Of a stretch of 38,184 bases of DNA, positions 14,647 through 23,331 are shown piece by piece. The notes below the pieces were generated by a model. It worked only from the letters and a program-made list of their open reading frames with translations. It made no database searches and was not told the DNA's origin. A program made the translations under genes and the position numbers. Origin of the DNA: a virus (Duplodnaviria; Caudoviricetes); the IMG/VR virus record IMGVR_UViG_3300009111_000010, positions 1 through 38,184 of that record, one strand, 5' to 3'. Every line of letters begins with the position of its first letter. Within the stretch, counting starts at the first letter, position 1.

Positions 14647-16843
14647 TCTGGCCCGCACCTGCCGTCACGTGTGTATCCCCGCGCGGGTGGGATCGGGACC
14701 AGACCCTTGTGCTAGGCGGATACTGCTGATCGGTGAGGCTCCTGGGCAACAGGAAGACCAGATGGGCAGGGTCTTTATCGGCCAGGCCGGGGCTAAACTG
14801 GCAGAGCTAGCCCATCATGCACAGCTGCCTCTCGGGGATTGTGTCATCACCAACGCCGTTAAGTGCCGCCCGCCTTCTAACCGTACGCCCCTTATAAGCG
14901 AGATCCGTGCCTGCCGTCCCTACTTGGAAGCGGAGTCCGTCGCCTATGGGCCTGAACTCGTCATCTGCCTTGGCCTAGTCGCAGTCAAGGCAGTAACAGG
15001 AAAGGGGGATATTAAGCTGGGGGATGTCTTGGGCGGGCTGGTGCCCCAGGATATGTTCCAGTGTCCGGTCTATGCTACCTACCACCCTGCGGCGGTGCTC
15101 TGCTTCCCCCACCTTGGCCAAGACTGGGTGGAGCATGTGTCCCGCGCCTTGTCGGGCGCGGCACCCACGCCCCACCCCACTGTACTCGGGCCGCTTACTG
15201 TAACCACGCCCCCCGGGGAGTTTGTGTCACTCGACTTGGAGACATACCCGGGGCTGGACCCATTCCACCCTGATGCTAGGATACGGATGGCGGGGCAGTC
15301 TACCCAGCCGGGGTATGCTAGCGTTATCATGGATGATAAGGTCTACGTCCCCGACGACACGTGGATTTGTGGGTCCAATATCAAGTACGACATCAAGTGG
15401 ATGATGGCACACTGGCAGTTTATTCCTGACTGTTACATGTGGTGGGATACTGCTATTGCAGAACGGCTACTCTACCCACAGTCCCAAGAGCGCGGCCTGA
15501 AGTCGCTAGCGATGAAGTACGCGCCAGAGATGGGGGCGTATTCGGCACCCATCGCTGCCTTGAGGGCGGCGCGTAAGGGGTGGGCCGGGATACGGGACGA
15601 GGAGTTGGTCGAGTACTGTGGCAACGACGCCGACGCCTCCCTCCGTGTGGCCCTGGCCCAGCACGCCCGGATGCGCCCCGAGGACGTACGGATCATGCGC
15701 TTCATGTCGGAGGCGATAGTCCATTTCGCCAAGGTTGAACTCCGTGGAGTGAAGGTTGATCTGGCATATAACTCCGTCCTGGCCGCCGAGATGGGTGCAG
15801 ACGTGGATAGAGAGCGTGCGGTCTGCGCCGACCTTCTGGGTGGTGGCAACCCGGCATCATCCCCTGCCATGTGCCGTCACTTTGGGCTCAAGTCGTGCGA
15901 CGAGAAGGCGCTCCGGGGGCTCGTCCGTAGGGATCGCACCCGCAGACAAGAAGTGGACGCCCTCCTGGCGTACCGCAAGAAGGCCAAGCTGCTGTCTACC
16001 TATGTTACTGGCGTCGCCCTACGAGTTGACGCCCGTGGAGTGCTTCACACCACGTATAGACTGGACGGTACAGAGACGGGTCGTGCGTCGTGTGCAGACC
16101 CTAATCTACAGAACATCGCACGTAACCCCAAGATTAAGCGACAGTTTGTACCACATACCGGCTATTGGTGGGAGGGGGACTACTCGCAGGCTGAACTCCG
16201 TCTCGGTGCGCAGATGTCCGGGGACACGCGTATGGCCCGCCTGCTGGAGAGTGACTTTCACCTGGACATGGCTAAGGTGGTATTCAGTACCCAAACCCCT
16301 ACCGATGCCCAAAGAACCATAGCGAAGACCACGACGTTTAGGATCATGTACGGTGGCGGGGCCGAGGGCTTAGCCGGGGCACTACGTATCTCTCTATGGC
16401 AGGCCCAGCGGCTGATAGCCGCCTGGTACAGAGCCGTACCCACCTTTGCAGCTTGGCAGGAGTCGCAGGTCCGCCAAGCGCAGGAGAAGGGTTACGTTGA
16501 GACGGCTTTTGGGAGACGCTACACCTTCCCGGCAGGGCTGGATTGGGACTCGCCGCTAGGGCAGCACTATAGGCGTGTGGCGGTCAATGCTCCCATCCAA
16601 GGGACGGTAGGACAAATATGCGAGATGGCGCAGATTGCGCTTGACAAGCAGGGTCTAGATGTGTTACTACAGGTCCATGATTCAGTGGATGGGCAGGCTA
16701 CCGCACCCTACCAAGACGTGCTGCCTGAAGTGCAGCGGATCATGCAGGGTGTGGACACTTGGGAACGAGGCATGACTGTCCCGCTGGTCGTGGACGTAAA
16801 GCACGGGCCGACGTGGGGGGACTTAGCGAAATGGTCCGCATAG
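14555..16843 (+). CDS. Family A DNA polymerase with N-terminal family-4 uracil-DNA-glycosylase-like domain and 3'-5' exonuclease
   Basis: UDG: CQQCNL, IGEAPGQQED..G.VFIG.AG, TNAVKCRPP.NRTP...EI.AC, YHPA. Exo: LDLET, NIKYD, YCGND. Pol: TETGRASC..PNLQNI, motif A DYSQAELR, motif B RTIAKTTTFRIMYG, motif C QVHDS. Confidence 0.95.
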   Translation: MSQTLPLLGQSESTSISASSSIYNPKCQQCNLARTCRHVCIPARVGSGPDPCARRILLIGEAPGQQEDQMGRVFIGQAGAKLAELAHHAQLPLGDCVITNAVKCRPPSNRTPLISEIRACRPYLEAESVAYGPELVICLGLVAVKAVTGKGDIKLGDVLGGLVPQDMFQCPVYATYHPAAVLCFPHLGQDWVEHVSRALSGAAPTPHPTVLGPLTVTTPPGEFVSLDLETYPGLDPFHPDARIRMAGQSTQPGYASVIMDDKVYVPDDTWICGSNIKYDIKWMMAHWQFIPDCYMWWDTAIAERLLYPQSQERGLKSLAMKYAPEMGAYSAPIAALRAARKGWAGIRDEELVEYCGNDADASLRVALAQHARMRPEDVRIMRFMSEAIVHFAKVELRGVKVDLAYNSVLAAEMGADVDRERAVCADLLGGGNPASSPAMCRHFGLKSCDEKALRGLVRRDRTRRQEVDALLAYRKKAKLLSTYVTGVALRVDARGVLHTTYRLDGTETGRASCADPNLQNIARNPKIKRQFVPHTGYWWEGDYSQAELRLGAQMSGDTRMARLLESDFHLDMAKVVFSTQTPTDAQRTIAKTTTFRIMYGGGAEGLAGALRISLWQAQRLIAAWYRAVPTFAAWQESQVRQAQEKGYVETAFGRRYTFPAGLDWDSPLGQHYRRVAVNAPIQGTVGQICEMAQIALDKQGLDVLLQVHDSVDGQATAPYQDVLPEVQRIMQGVDTWERGMTVPLVVDVKHGPTWGDLAKWSA

Positions 16844-16944
16844 ACTGGGCCAAGGTGACGGCGTTTTTCGGCGGGGCGATCTTCTGCTGCATCTTCTGGT
16901 ACATGGTGTTTCGGATCTTGGACCTGGCAGTGTGGAGGCGGTGA
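16831..16944 (+). CDS. Small membrane protein (37 aa)
   Basis: MVRIDWAKVTAFFGGAIFCCIFWYMVFRILDLAVWRR*. Confidence 0.5.
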   Translation: MVRIDWAKVTAFFGGAIFCCIFWYMVFRILDLAVWRR

Positions 16945-17075
16945 TGTTCTACCTGGTGCTGGGGTGTCTGCTGCTGGTGGCGATGGTGGTGTGCTATAAA
17001 GCACCATTCTGGGTGCAGGTGGTGCTGTTGGTGGCGGGGATCGCGGCCTGCTTGGTTACAGTACTGGAGGGTTAG
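16944..17075 (+). CDS. Small membrane protein (43 aa)
   Basis: MFYLVLGCLLLVAMVVCYKAPFWVQVVLLVAGIAACLVTVLEG*; SD GGAGG; TGATG coupling. Confidence 0.55.
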   Translation: MFYLVLGCLLLVAMVVCYKAPFWVQVVLLVAGIAACLVTVLEG

Positions 17076-17330
17076 ATGCCTAAGTCTTTTGAGGATGTCG
17101 TGCTGGGTAAGGTGGTGTCTGCGGCGATTACAGACTCTGACGTAAGCAAGCTAGCAGGTAAGCTGCGTCCTCAGATCCTCGCCTATCTTGAGAAAGAGGT
17201 CATGGCGGCCATCAAGAATGAAGATTGGTGCGATACACCCCAGATGGACAACCTGCTTGGCGACATTGCTGACGCCATGGTTGCGGAGATGCGGGCGAAG
17301 CTGGGCATCGTGAAGAAGGGGAAGAAGTAA
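17076..17330 (+). CDS. Hypothetical protein
   Basis: 84 aa; SD GGAGG. Confidence 0.7.
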   Translation: MPKSFEDVVLGKVVSAAITDSDVSKLAGKLRPQILAYLEKEVMAAIKNEDWCDTPQMDNLLGDIADAMVAEMRAKLGIVKKGKK

Positions 17331-18025
17331 TGGACTGGGTGGAACCTAATACCGACGCAATGGAAGCCCAAGTAGGCGGTGGCCTGTTCTTCCGCCCCAA
17401 GGTGGGTACGTACCGGGTGCGCTTTGCCCCGCCGTGGTCCAAGGCTGGTACTTTGTACAAGCTGGAGGCCCTGCACTACGGATTCAAGGACCACATGGGG
17501 AACCGTGTCACGCTACCCTGCCGGGAGTTGCATAGCCCTACCCGCGACTGCCCGGTGTGCCTGTACATCCAGAAGCTGGGCAAGGGGGACGCCACCAAGT
17601 CTCTCCGGCAGGAGATCCGACAGACGCTGCGCTACAACTTGAATCTGGCCCTCCGCACGGAGGCCGGGGACATGGGCTGGCAAGTATGGGCGGCGGGGAT
17701 GACGGTGGCTAAGGCGCTCAACGCCACGGCTAAGATGTTCAAGGATCTGAAGCGCCCCCACTTTGCGCACCCTGACAAGGGCGTGGACTTTACCCTGCAG
17801 GTGGTGGGCGAGAAGTTCGAGCGGCGGTACACGCTCCTGCCGGACGGGCCGAAGGAGGTCTGCCCCGTGGGGGTGGCACAGACGCCGCATGACCTGGACG
17901 CCTTGATCTCCCCCGTGCCGCTGGAGTACGATGAGATGGTGGACCTTATCAAGCGGAACTACGGCCATCAGTATCCCTGGCAGGGGGAGACGAAGCCCGG
18001 CGTGGCGGCGGAAGTGGTGGAATGA
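17330..18025 (+). CDS. Single-stranded DNA-binding protein, T4 gp32-like
   Basis: YRVRFAPPW, LHYGF, LPC...DCPVC Zn site, HPDKGVDFTL; replication context. Confidence 0.7.
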   Translation: MDWVEPNTDAMEAQVGGGLFFRPKVGTYRVRFAPPWSKAGTLYKLEALHYGFKDHMGNRVTLPCRELHSPTRDCPVCLYIQKLGKGDATKSLRQEIRQTLRYNLNLALRTEAGDMGWQVWAAGMTVAKALNATAKMFKDLKRPHFAHPDKGVDFTLQVVGEKFERRYTLLPDGPKEVCPVGVAQTPHDLDALISPVPLEYDEMVDLIKRNYGHQYPWQGETKPGVAAEVVE

Positions 18026-18600
18026 TGTCTGCGGAAAGGGATCTCGCCATCGCCCGCGCGGTGGCTGCGGCAGACGTGCGCGAAGGGCTCAAGGTGCCGC
18101 CAGACGACGACGAACTGCGCGCGATCATCGCGGACGTGGACAAGCAGTTTGCGGGGGGCGCGTATCCGCCCGACGAGCAGCCAGCCGGTTCCCTGGACGC
18201 CCCGGGGCGGACTGCATACCGGCCATGCACTGCCGACACGGTATCACGCGCAACACTTTCTCCCCGCGCGGCGCTGATCGCCGCCGTGCGCGCGGGATAC
18301 GAGGCGGCCTTCGCGGAGATGGGAAAGATCGAGCCCTACGCCGATGAGGACCGCTTCCTCGCCCTGGTCCCCGAGGCGGCGCGCCGCGTGCTGCTGGACT
18401 CATTCCGCCAAGGCTATGACACTGCACGCCGAGAGATAGCGGAAGATCCCTGTATGGACCCACGCCTTGGTAGGGAGTACTTCCAGGGCAAGGCCGAAGC
18501 CTATGCCAAGGCGGCGGCCATCGCGCGCCAATACTACCTTGGCGAAGAAATGGCACAGGAGATCGAGGCCGCCGCGCGGGAGGACAAGGGCGATGAATGA
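18022..18600 (+). CDS. Hypothetical protein
   Basis: 192 aa; ATGA coupling. Confidence 0.65.
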   Translation: MMSAERDLAIARAVAAADVREGLKVPPDDDELRAIIADVDKQFAGGAYPPDEQPAGSLDAPGRTAYRPCTADTVSRATLSPRAALIAAVRAGYEAAFAEMGKIEPYADEDRFLALVPEAARRVLLDSFRQGYDTARREIAEDPCMDPRLGREYFQGKAEAYAKAAAIARQYYLGEEMAQEIEAAAREDKGDE

Positions 18601-18772
18601 AGCCGAGCGGTTCGAGTCGTATCGAGCGATGGACGAGGCATACGAACACGGCAAGCGCGACGAGCACGCGCGCGCGGTGGAGATCATCAAGGCGCTGCTC
18701 AACACCAACAGCGAGAACACATGGGATAACGCAGCGGCAGCCGCCCGCGCCTACGTTTCGGAGGAAGCATGA
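18593..18772 (+). CDS. Hypothetical protein (59 aa)
   Basis: Start re-called at ATG 18593 (MNEAERFESY...), SD GGAGG. Confidence 0.6.
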   Translation: MNEAERFESYRAMDEAYEHGKRDEHARAVEIIKALLNTNSENTWDNAAAAARAYVSEEA

Positions 18773-18999
18773 CCACCGACCCCGAGCGCGCCCGATTCGT
18801 GGAGTGGTTCAGAGGGCTTTGGTTTGACGGGAAAATAGGCTACGCAAACGCCGCCGCCGACGCCATCGAGCGCGCCGTGCGGCATCTGAACCGCGAGGTT
18901 GATGAGCCGTACCCGGTGCGACTCTCCGGTGGCGATATTGATTGGGAGAGTAACTGGCCGATCCCCTGGCGCGCCGCGATGCAGGAGGACGAGGGATGA
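18769..18999 (+). CDS. Hypothetical protein
   Basis: 76 aa; SD GGAGG; ATGA coupling. Confidence 0.6.
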   Translation: MTTDPERARFVEWFRGLWFDGKIGYANAAADAIERAVRHLNREVDEPYPVRLSGGDIDWESNWPIPWRAAMQEDEG

Positions 19000-19232
19000 C
19001 CACGCTTAAGCAGTTCATCGAGGCGAATATGCTTGATGGACAACCGCTGAACGATTGCGGTGGGGCTATGGTCGCTGCAACCGAAGTCTACGAAGTGATG
19101 CGCGATTACATCGTCGCCGCCCGCCTCGACGCCGCGCGGAAGATGTTTCGTTGGTGTCAGGATATGTTCGCAATGCCACAAAGCGAACCGGACGACGCCT
19201 CGCTGGCGAAGATCGTGGACCCCTATGCCTGA
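18996..19232 (+). CDS. Hypothetical protein
   Basis: 78 aa; SD GGAGG; ATGA coupling. Confidence 0.6.
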   Translation: MTTLKQFIEANMLDGQPLNDCGGAMVAATEVYEVMRDYIVAARLDAARKMFRWCQDMFAMPQSEPDDASLAKIVDPYA

Positions 19233-19641
19233 GCCCTGGTGGACGTGGCTGATCGCGCCCGAGGCGCTCCGCGCGACTGCGATCCTTGGTCTAATCTTCT
19301 TCGTGGTGTGGGCTGTTAGGAGATGGCGTATGCAATTTAGTCGTCGGCCTCCGGGGCACCCGCGTTTTCACCATAGCTTGGTGCGTGGGCCTTGGCCTTA
19401 CCATGCTTGCATTGGCTCTTTGTCTTTAGACATAGGGGATGCCAGGGAAAAACTGCGTATAAGACAGTACACCGTGGTGTCTCGGGCGGTAGAAGATGGG
19501 GTAGCCATGGGGTGGCGGCACGCGACCAAGCATCAAGACCTGGACGAGACGCTACAAGACACGCTGCACGACTTGGTGGTTGACCATATCCCGCGCGATG
19601 TAATGCTCGCGCTTGAAGAGGTAATTGACTTTGACGTATGA
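19225..19641 (+). CDS. Hypothetical protein with N-terminal TM helix
   Basis: 138 aa; ATAILGLIFFVVWAV; C-terminal RAVEDGVAMGWRHA.KH domain of a type seen in phages. Confidence 0.6.
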   Translation: MPEPWWTWLIAPEALRATAILGLIFFVVWAVRRWRMQFSRRPPGHPRFHHSLVRGPWPYHACIGSLSLDIGDAREKLRIRQYTVVSRAVEDGVAMGWRHATKHQDLDETLQDTLHDLVVDHIPRDVMLALEEVIDFDV

Positions 19642-20470
19642 CCTAGTACGCCAGGTGCTTGATGGGGTAGACGCCGACTGCAAGGCCCGGGCTACACCCT
19701 ACAAGCGTGACTACTTCCGCGCCTCTGAGGCGGGTAAGTGCGGTAGACAGATCCTGCATGGGATGTTCGGCTCGACGCCGCTCCCCTTCGCGGTGCAGGG
19801 GAAGCTGGTGGTTGAGTCGGGCGACCTGCACCACTCCGCGACCCGCGCCCGCCTGCGCAAGTTTGGTATCCAGGTGGAGGGTGAAGAAGAGGATTACATC
19901 TGGTCCAGAGAGCTGGACGGCAAGGAGGCGTACAAGATCAAGGCCCGTATTGACGGGCGTGTTAGACTGCGGGCCAGCGGTAAGGGTGTGTTGAAGGACA
20001 AGACCCATGCGCTGTTGGAGGTCAAGTCCTTCTCCGTCTACTTCGAGAAGGGCTTCGCGAAGGCGGTTGCGGCTGAGGCCGAGGAGGATGCCGATGGATA
20101 CCTGTGGCCTCGCTCGGAGTGGTCGGCCCAGGTCATCTGGCCTGACTACATGGCACAGACTCAGATCAGCCTGGAAATCTGTGGTCTGGACGTGGCCTAT
20201 TTTATTCCTGTATTCCGTGACAGTGGTTGGCTGGGTCTTAGCGGGCGTGGACTCGTTATCCCACGCTCTCAAGACTATATCAATCGTATACTGTCTCGTC
20301 TGGATAACCTGTATCGCTATTATATGGCGGAGGAGTTGGTCGAGCCCGAGTACCAACCCAACTCCCGGGAGTGCGGATTCTGCAGCTACTGGGGGGACTG
20401 TTGGGGGGAGCGACTTGGGATACCCCAAAAGAGGATGGGGGGTGATAAATACGCCGAGTTATCCGGTTAG
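19625..20470 (+). CDS. Cas4-like PD-(D/E)xK exonuclease
   Basis: RASEAGKCGRQ, G...H, ARIDG, LLEVKS, Q..I, C-terminal ECGFCSYWGDC (1+3 Cys Fe-S pattern). Confidence 0.85.
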   Translation: MTLTYDLVRQVLDGVDADCKARATPYKRDYFRASEAGKCGRQILHGMFGSTPLPFAVQGKLVVESGDLHHSATRARLRKFGIQVEGEEEDYIWSRELDGKEAYKIKARIDGRVRLRASGKGVLKDKTHALLEVKSFSVYFEKGFAKAVAAEAEEDADGYLWPRSEWSAQVIWPDYMAQTQISLEICGLDVAYFIPVFRDSGWLGLSGRGLVIPRSQDYINRILSRLDNLYRYYMAEELVEPEYQPNSRECGFCSYWGDCWGERLGIPQKRMGGDKYAELSG

Positions 20471-20918
20471 CTACTGTGTTATGTGTCACTACCCTACGTG
20501 GGAGTGCCAGTGTAATCGTGGATTGCCCGACTCCGGCAAGCGCCGTCACTTCCCTACCGGCTCCCAGCGCGACACACGTGAAGGCAAGGGGCGCTTCGAC
20601 CTCCTCCCACCGCTGTTTCTCATCCTCTTGGCCAAGCACTTTGAGAGGGGAGGGGCCAAGTATGAGGACAGGAACTGGGAGAAGGGCCAGCCGATGTCCA
20701 CATACCTCGACTCGGCCTTAAGGCATCTCGTCAAGTACACCTGGTACGGGGCAGACAACGAGGACCATCTGGTGGCGGCGGCGTGGAATCTCGCAGCCAT
20801 GGTGGAGACACGCGAGCGCGCCAAGCTGGGGGTGCTGCCCAAGGAACTCGCGGACGTCCCTATCCCCAGAGGCGGGGGTGTTCTGAAGCATGACGTCTTT
20901 GAGGAGGGTGGGCTTTGA
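20442..20918 (+). CDS. dATP/dGTP diphosphohydrolase domain protein (DUF5664-like)
   Basis: F.TGSQRD...GKGRFDLLPP...LAKHFERGGAKY.DRNWEKG.P...YLDSALRHL...EDHL.AAAWN; start re-called at GTG 20442. Confidence 0.85.
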   Translation: MINTPSYPVSYCVMCHYPTWECQCNRGLPDSGKRRHFPTGSQRDTREGKGRFDLLPPLFLILLAKHFERGGAKYEDRNWEKGQPMSTYLDSALRHLVKYTWYGADNEDHLVAAAWNLAAMVETRERAKLGVLPKELADVPIPRGGGVLKHDVFEEGGL

Positions 20919-21052
20919 CACTAGTTGAGGGCTTCATTCTGCTGTTTGTTGGCTTGAAACTGGCAGGGGTGATAGACTGGGCGTGGTGGCTAGTACTGAT
21001 CCCCGCATACGTGAAAGTGCTGCTGTACATCATTGGAACAATGGACAGCTAA
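20915..21052 (+). CDS. Small membrane protein (45 aa)
   Basis: MTLVEGFILLFVGLKLAGVIDWAWWLVLIPAY...; the LKL.GVIDW.WW.VL.P motif is common in small phage TM proteins; SD GAGGAGG. Confidence 0.7.
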   Translation: MTLVEGFILLFVGLKLAGVIDWAWWLVLIPAYVKVLLYIIGTMDS

Positions 21053-21516
21053 TGCAGCGTATCGAGGAGCGGTTTTGGGCTAAGGTGGATAAGCGTGGAG
21101 AGGATGAGTGCTGGCTGTGGACTGCAAGCTGCTTCTACCGTGGATACGGGCAGATCAAAGTCAAGAGGGAGAACTTGCTAGCTCACCGAGTGGCGTGGGA
21201 ATTGAGCGTTGGTGCTGTGCCAGATGGTATGTGTGTGCTGCATCACTGTGACAATCCTAAATGCGTTAATCCCAGCCATCTATTCTTGGGCACAAATGCA
21301 GACAACTCGGCTGATATGGTTGCTAAGCATAGGCAGCGATGCGCATATGGTACGCGCCACTACTTGGCTAAGCTAACGGAGGATGATGTTGCGGAGATTA
21401 GACGCCGCGTAGCAGCGGGAGAGAAGCAGCATGTAGTAGCTAGTGCGTATGGGATAAGCCAGCCTAATGTGTGCTTGATCGTTGGGCGTAAGACGTGGTG
21501 CCATGTTAAGAACTGA
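21052..21516 (+). CDS. HNH homing endonuclease
   Basis: ERFWAKVDK...CWLW...GYG, AHRVAW, VLHHCDNPKCVNPSHLFLGT..DN..DM, C-terminal AKLTEDDV HTH. Confidence 0.92.
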   Translation: MQRIEERFWAKVDKRGEDECWLWTASCFYRGYGQIKVKRENLLAHRVAWELSVGAVPDGMCVLHHCDNPKCVNPSHLFLGTNADNSADMVAKHRQRCAYGTRHYLAKLTEDDVAEIRRRVAAGEKQHVVASAYGISQPNVCLIVGRKTWCHVKN

Positions 21517-22786
21517 ACATCTAGTCCTGCGCGCTTTGATGGACCCCAAGGAGTACGCTACGTACAAGGGGATGTTGAAGCCTGAGTACTGGTCCTCCCC
21601 GGTCACTCGGAATATCTACAAGACAATCTGTAAGTTGCAGGATACAAGTAGTGGCGGCGATGGCGAGATCAGCTTTGATGTACTAACTGCTGCATTGGAA
21701 CAGGCGGGGCACAGCGGTAACGACTACAGCTATATCATGGAGATCATCGGCGGGCAGACTCCGCACAATGCGGGCCTGCGGGGTGTGGTGACGCGGCATG
21801 TGCAGACCCAAATGCTTCTCACCTGTGGGGAGGAGATTGGCAGGTATGCATCCGGGGCCGCTGTTGATCTCCATGATCTTGCTGCTAAGGTGGCAGAGGC
21901 TGCTGACTTCGATCTGGTACAGGGGGTGGTGGTTGACTACGGCACACATGCTGGAGTATATGATGACGGGGCTCTGGCCGAGGGTGCCGTGCCACTCGGG
22001 TTTGCCTTGGTGGTGGATGAATACTTTAAGGGTGGGATCGCGCCCGGCGAACTTCTGTCCTTTTTGTCATGGCCCGGTGGTGGTAAAACGACTTTTTTGG
22101 TCAACGCCGGGGCAGGGGCCTTCCTCGCCCACAAGCGAGTCCTCCACGTCACCACAGAAATCCACGCCCCTCGGGTAGCCAGTAGGTACGATTCCTGTAT
22201 CGCACCCTTCTGCGCCCCCGGGGAGGAGTTTAAGGATTTCGTCAAGTCCCTGGTGGCGGCAGGTAGTAGGCTGTGGATCAAGGACGTGTCTGATACCGCA
22301 GTAACGGCGGCGGCGCTGGAGTCTTTCATCCGGCGTGAACTCCCCGACCGACCACACGTGCTTGTGGTGGACTACGCGGACGAACTCCTGTCCAGCCGCA
22401 AGTACGAGGAGAAGAGGCATGAGCTGGCCCTTGTCTACAAGGAACTGCGACAGCTTGCTGCAAGACTTGGCATTCCGATCTTTACTGCCACGCAGGCTAC
22501 ACGTGAGGCTCTTAAGAAGCGTAGTGCGGAGCTGGAAGACGTGGCCGAATCCTTCGGCATTGCACGAGTGGCGGACCATCTCTTGGCCATTAACCCACAG
22601 GAGAATGTAGGCGAGGTAATTCTCAAAGTAATCAAGTCGCGGCGCAGGTCGTCTAGGCCGCCGTGGTTGTTGGCGGTGGACTATGATGCGTGTAGAGTAA
22701 CCGATGCCCTCGCCGGGGGTACGGTGGATGCTGGTGTGTGGGGTGGACCCAGGCCTCGGAATGACGGGGGCGGTGGTACTGGATGA
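21503..22786 (+). CDS. DnaB-like (SF4) replicative helicase
   Basis: GGIAPGEL, Walker A PGGGKT, VLHVTTE, VVDYAD, LRQLA..LGIPIFTATQ..R, AESFG..RVAD, KSR. Confidence 0.92.
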   Translation: MLRTEHLVLRALMDPKEYATYKGMLKPEYWSSPVTRNIYKTICKLQDTSSGGDGEISFDVLTAALEQAGHSGNDYSYIMEIIGGQTPHNAGLRGVVTRHVQTQMLLTCGEEIGRYASGAAVDLHDLAAKVAEAADFDLVQGVVVDYGTHAGVYDDGALAEGAVPLGFALVVDEYFKGGIAPGELLSFLSWPGGGKTTFLVNAGAGAFLAHKRVLHVTTEIHAPRVASRYDSCIAPFCAPGEEFKDFVKSLVAAGSRLWIKDVSDTAVTAAALESFIRRELPDRPHVLVVDYADELLSSRKYEEKRHELALVYKELRQLAARLGIPIFTATQATREALKKRSAELEDVAESFGIARVADHLLAINPQENVGEVILKVIKSRRRSSRPPWLLAVDYDACRVTDALAGGTVDAGVWGGPRPRNDGGGGTG

Positions 22787-23258
22787 GGACTCGAATCTCA
22801 AGGCATGGCAGGTGTGGACTTCCAAACCGTTGGGCCATATACTACCACGATGTTTAGGGATGGGGTACGATGTCACGCTCTGGATAGCTGAGGTCTGCGG
22901 GACAGGCCCGCTGCAGCTGGTCATCGAGCACCCCATCTTCTCGAAGAATGCGCTCGGCTTCGCCAAGCAGGTGCGACTGATGCACACGCTGGAGGAGTTC
23001 TTGGTGGAGCAAGGGATAGAAGACGGCATGTGGTCTGGAGGAAGGATCATTGAGGTCCTTCCCCACGGGCCGCGCAAATCATTAGGGCTCAAGGCATCGG
23101 CCCCGAAGTCCCTCATCACGGACCTCTTCCGCACAGACTACGGGGCTGTAGTGGGGGACTTGCCCAGGGTGCAGATGGAAGCGTTAGGGGATGCGTGGGC
23201 TATTGCGTCGTGTGTGTCGAAGCCGGACCTCTGGCATCAAGTACTGGAGTTTGAGTGA
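22728..23258 (+). CDS. RuvC-like Holliday junction resolvase
   Basis: MLVCGVDPGLGMTGAVVL, LVIEHP, C-terminal ALGDAWAIA. Confidence 0.8.
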   Translation: MLVCGVDPGLGMTGAVVLDEDSNLKAWQVWTSKPLGHILPRCLGMGYDVTLWIAEVCGTGPLQLVIEHPIFSKNALGFAKQVRLMHTLEEFLVEQGIEDGMWSGGRIIEVLPHGPRKSLGLKASAPKSLITDLFRTDYGAVVGDLPRVQMEALGDAWAIASCVSKPDLWHQVLEFE

Positions 23259-23331
23259 TGTGCTGGTGTGTTGGACTGCTGGTGTTTGCGGCTGTCTGTG
23301 CCTTGGTGTACATGACGTGGGGGAGTAAGGT

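Noticed and set aside
20007-20441. N-terminal 145 aa of the 303-aa ORF 20007-20918
   Set aside because: It is a shadow of the Cas4-like gene; the recognisable domain starts after GTG 20442.
19625-20470. CRISPR-Cas locus suggested by the Cas4-like gene
   Set aside because: No cas1/cas2 or array; solo Cas4-like nucleases are common in phage replication modules.
14555-20918. Aminoadenine (Z) genome system
   Set aside because: No purZ is seen in the window; a DUF5664-like gene plus PolA is not sufficient evidence.
22067-23134. 355-aa minus-strand ORF, and similar long antisense ORFs elsewhere
   Set aside because: Antisense to well-supported helicase and resolvase genes with no motifs; expected in GC-rich DNA.
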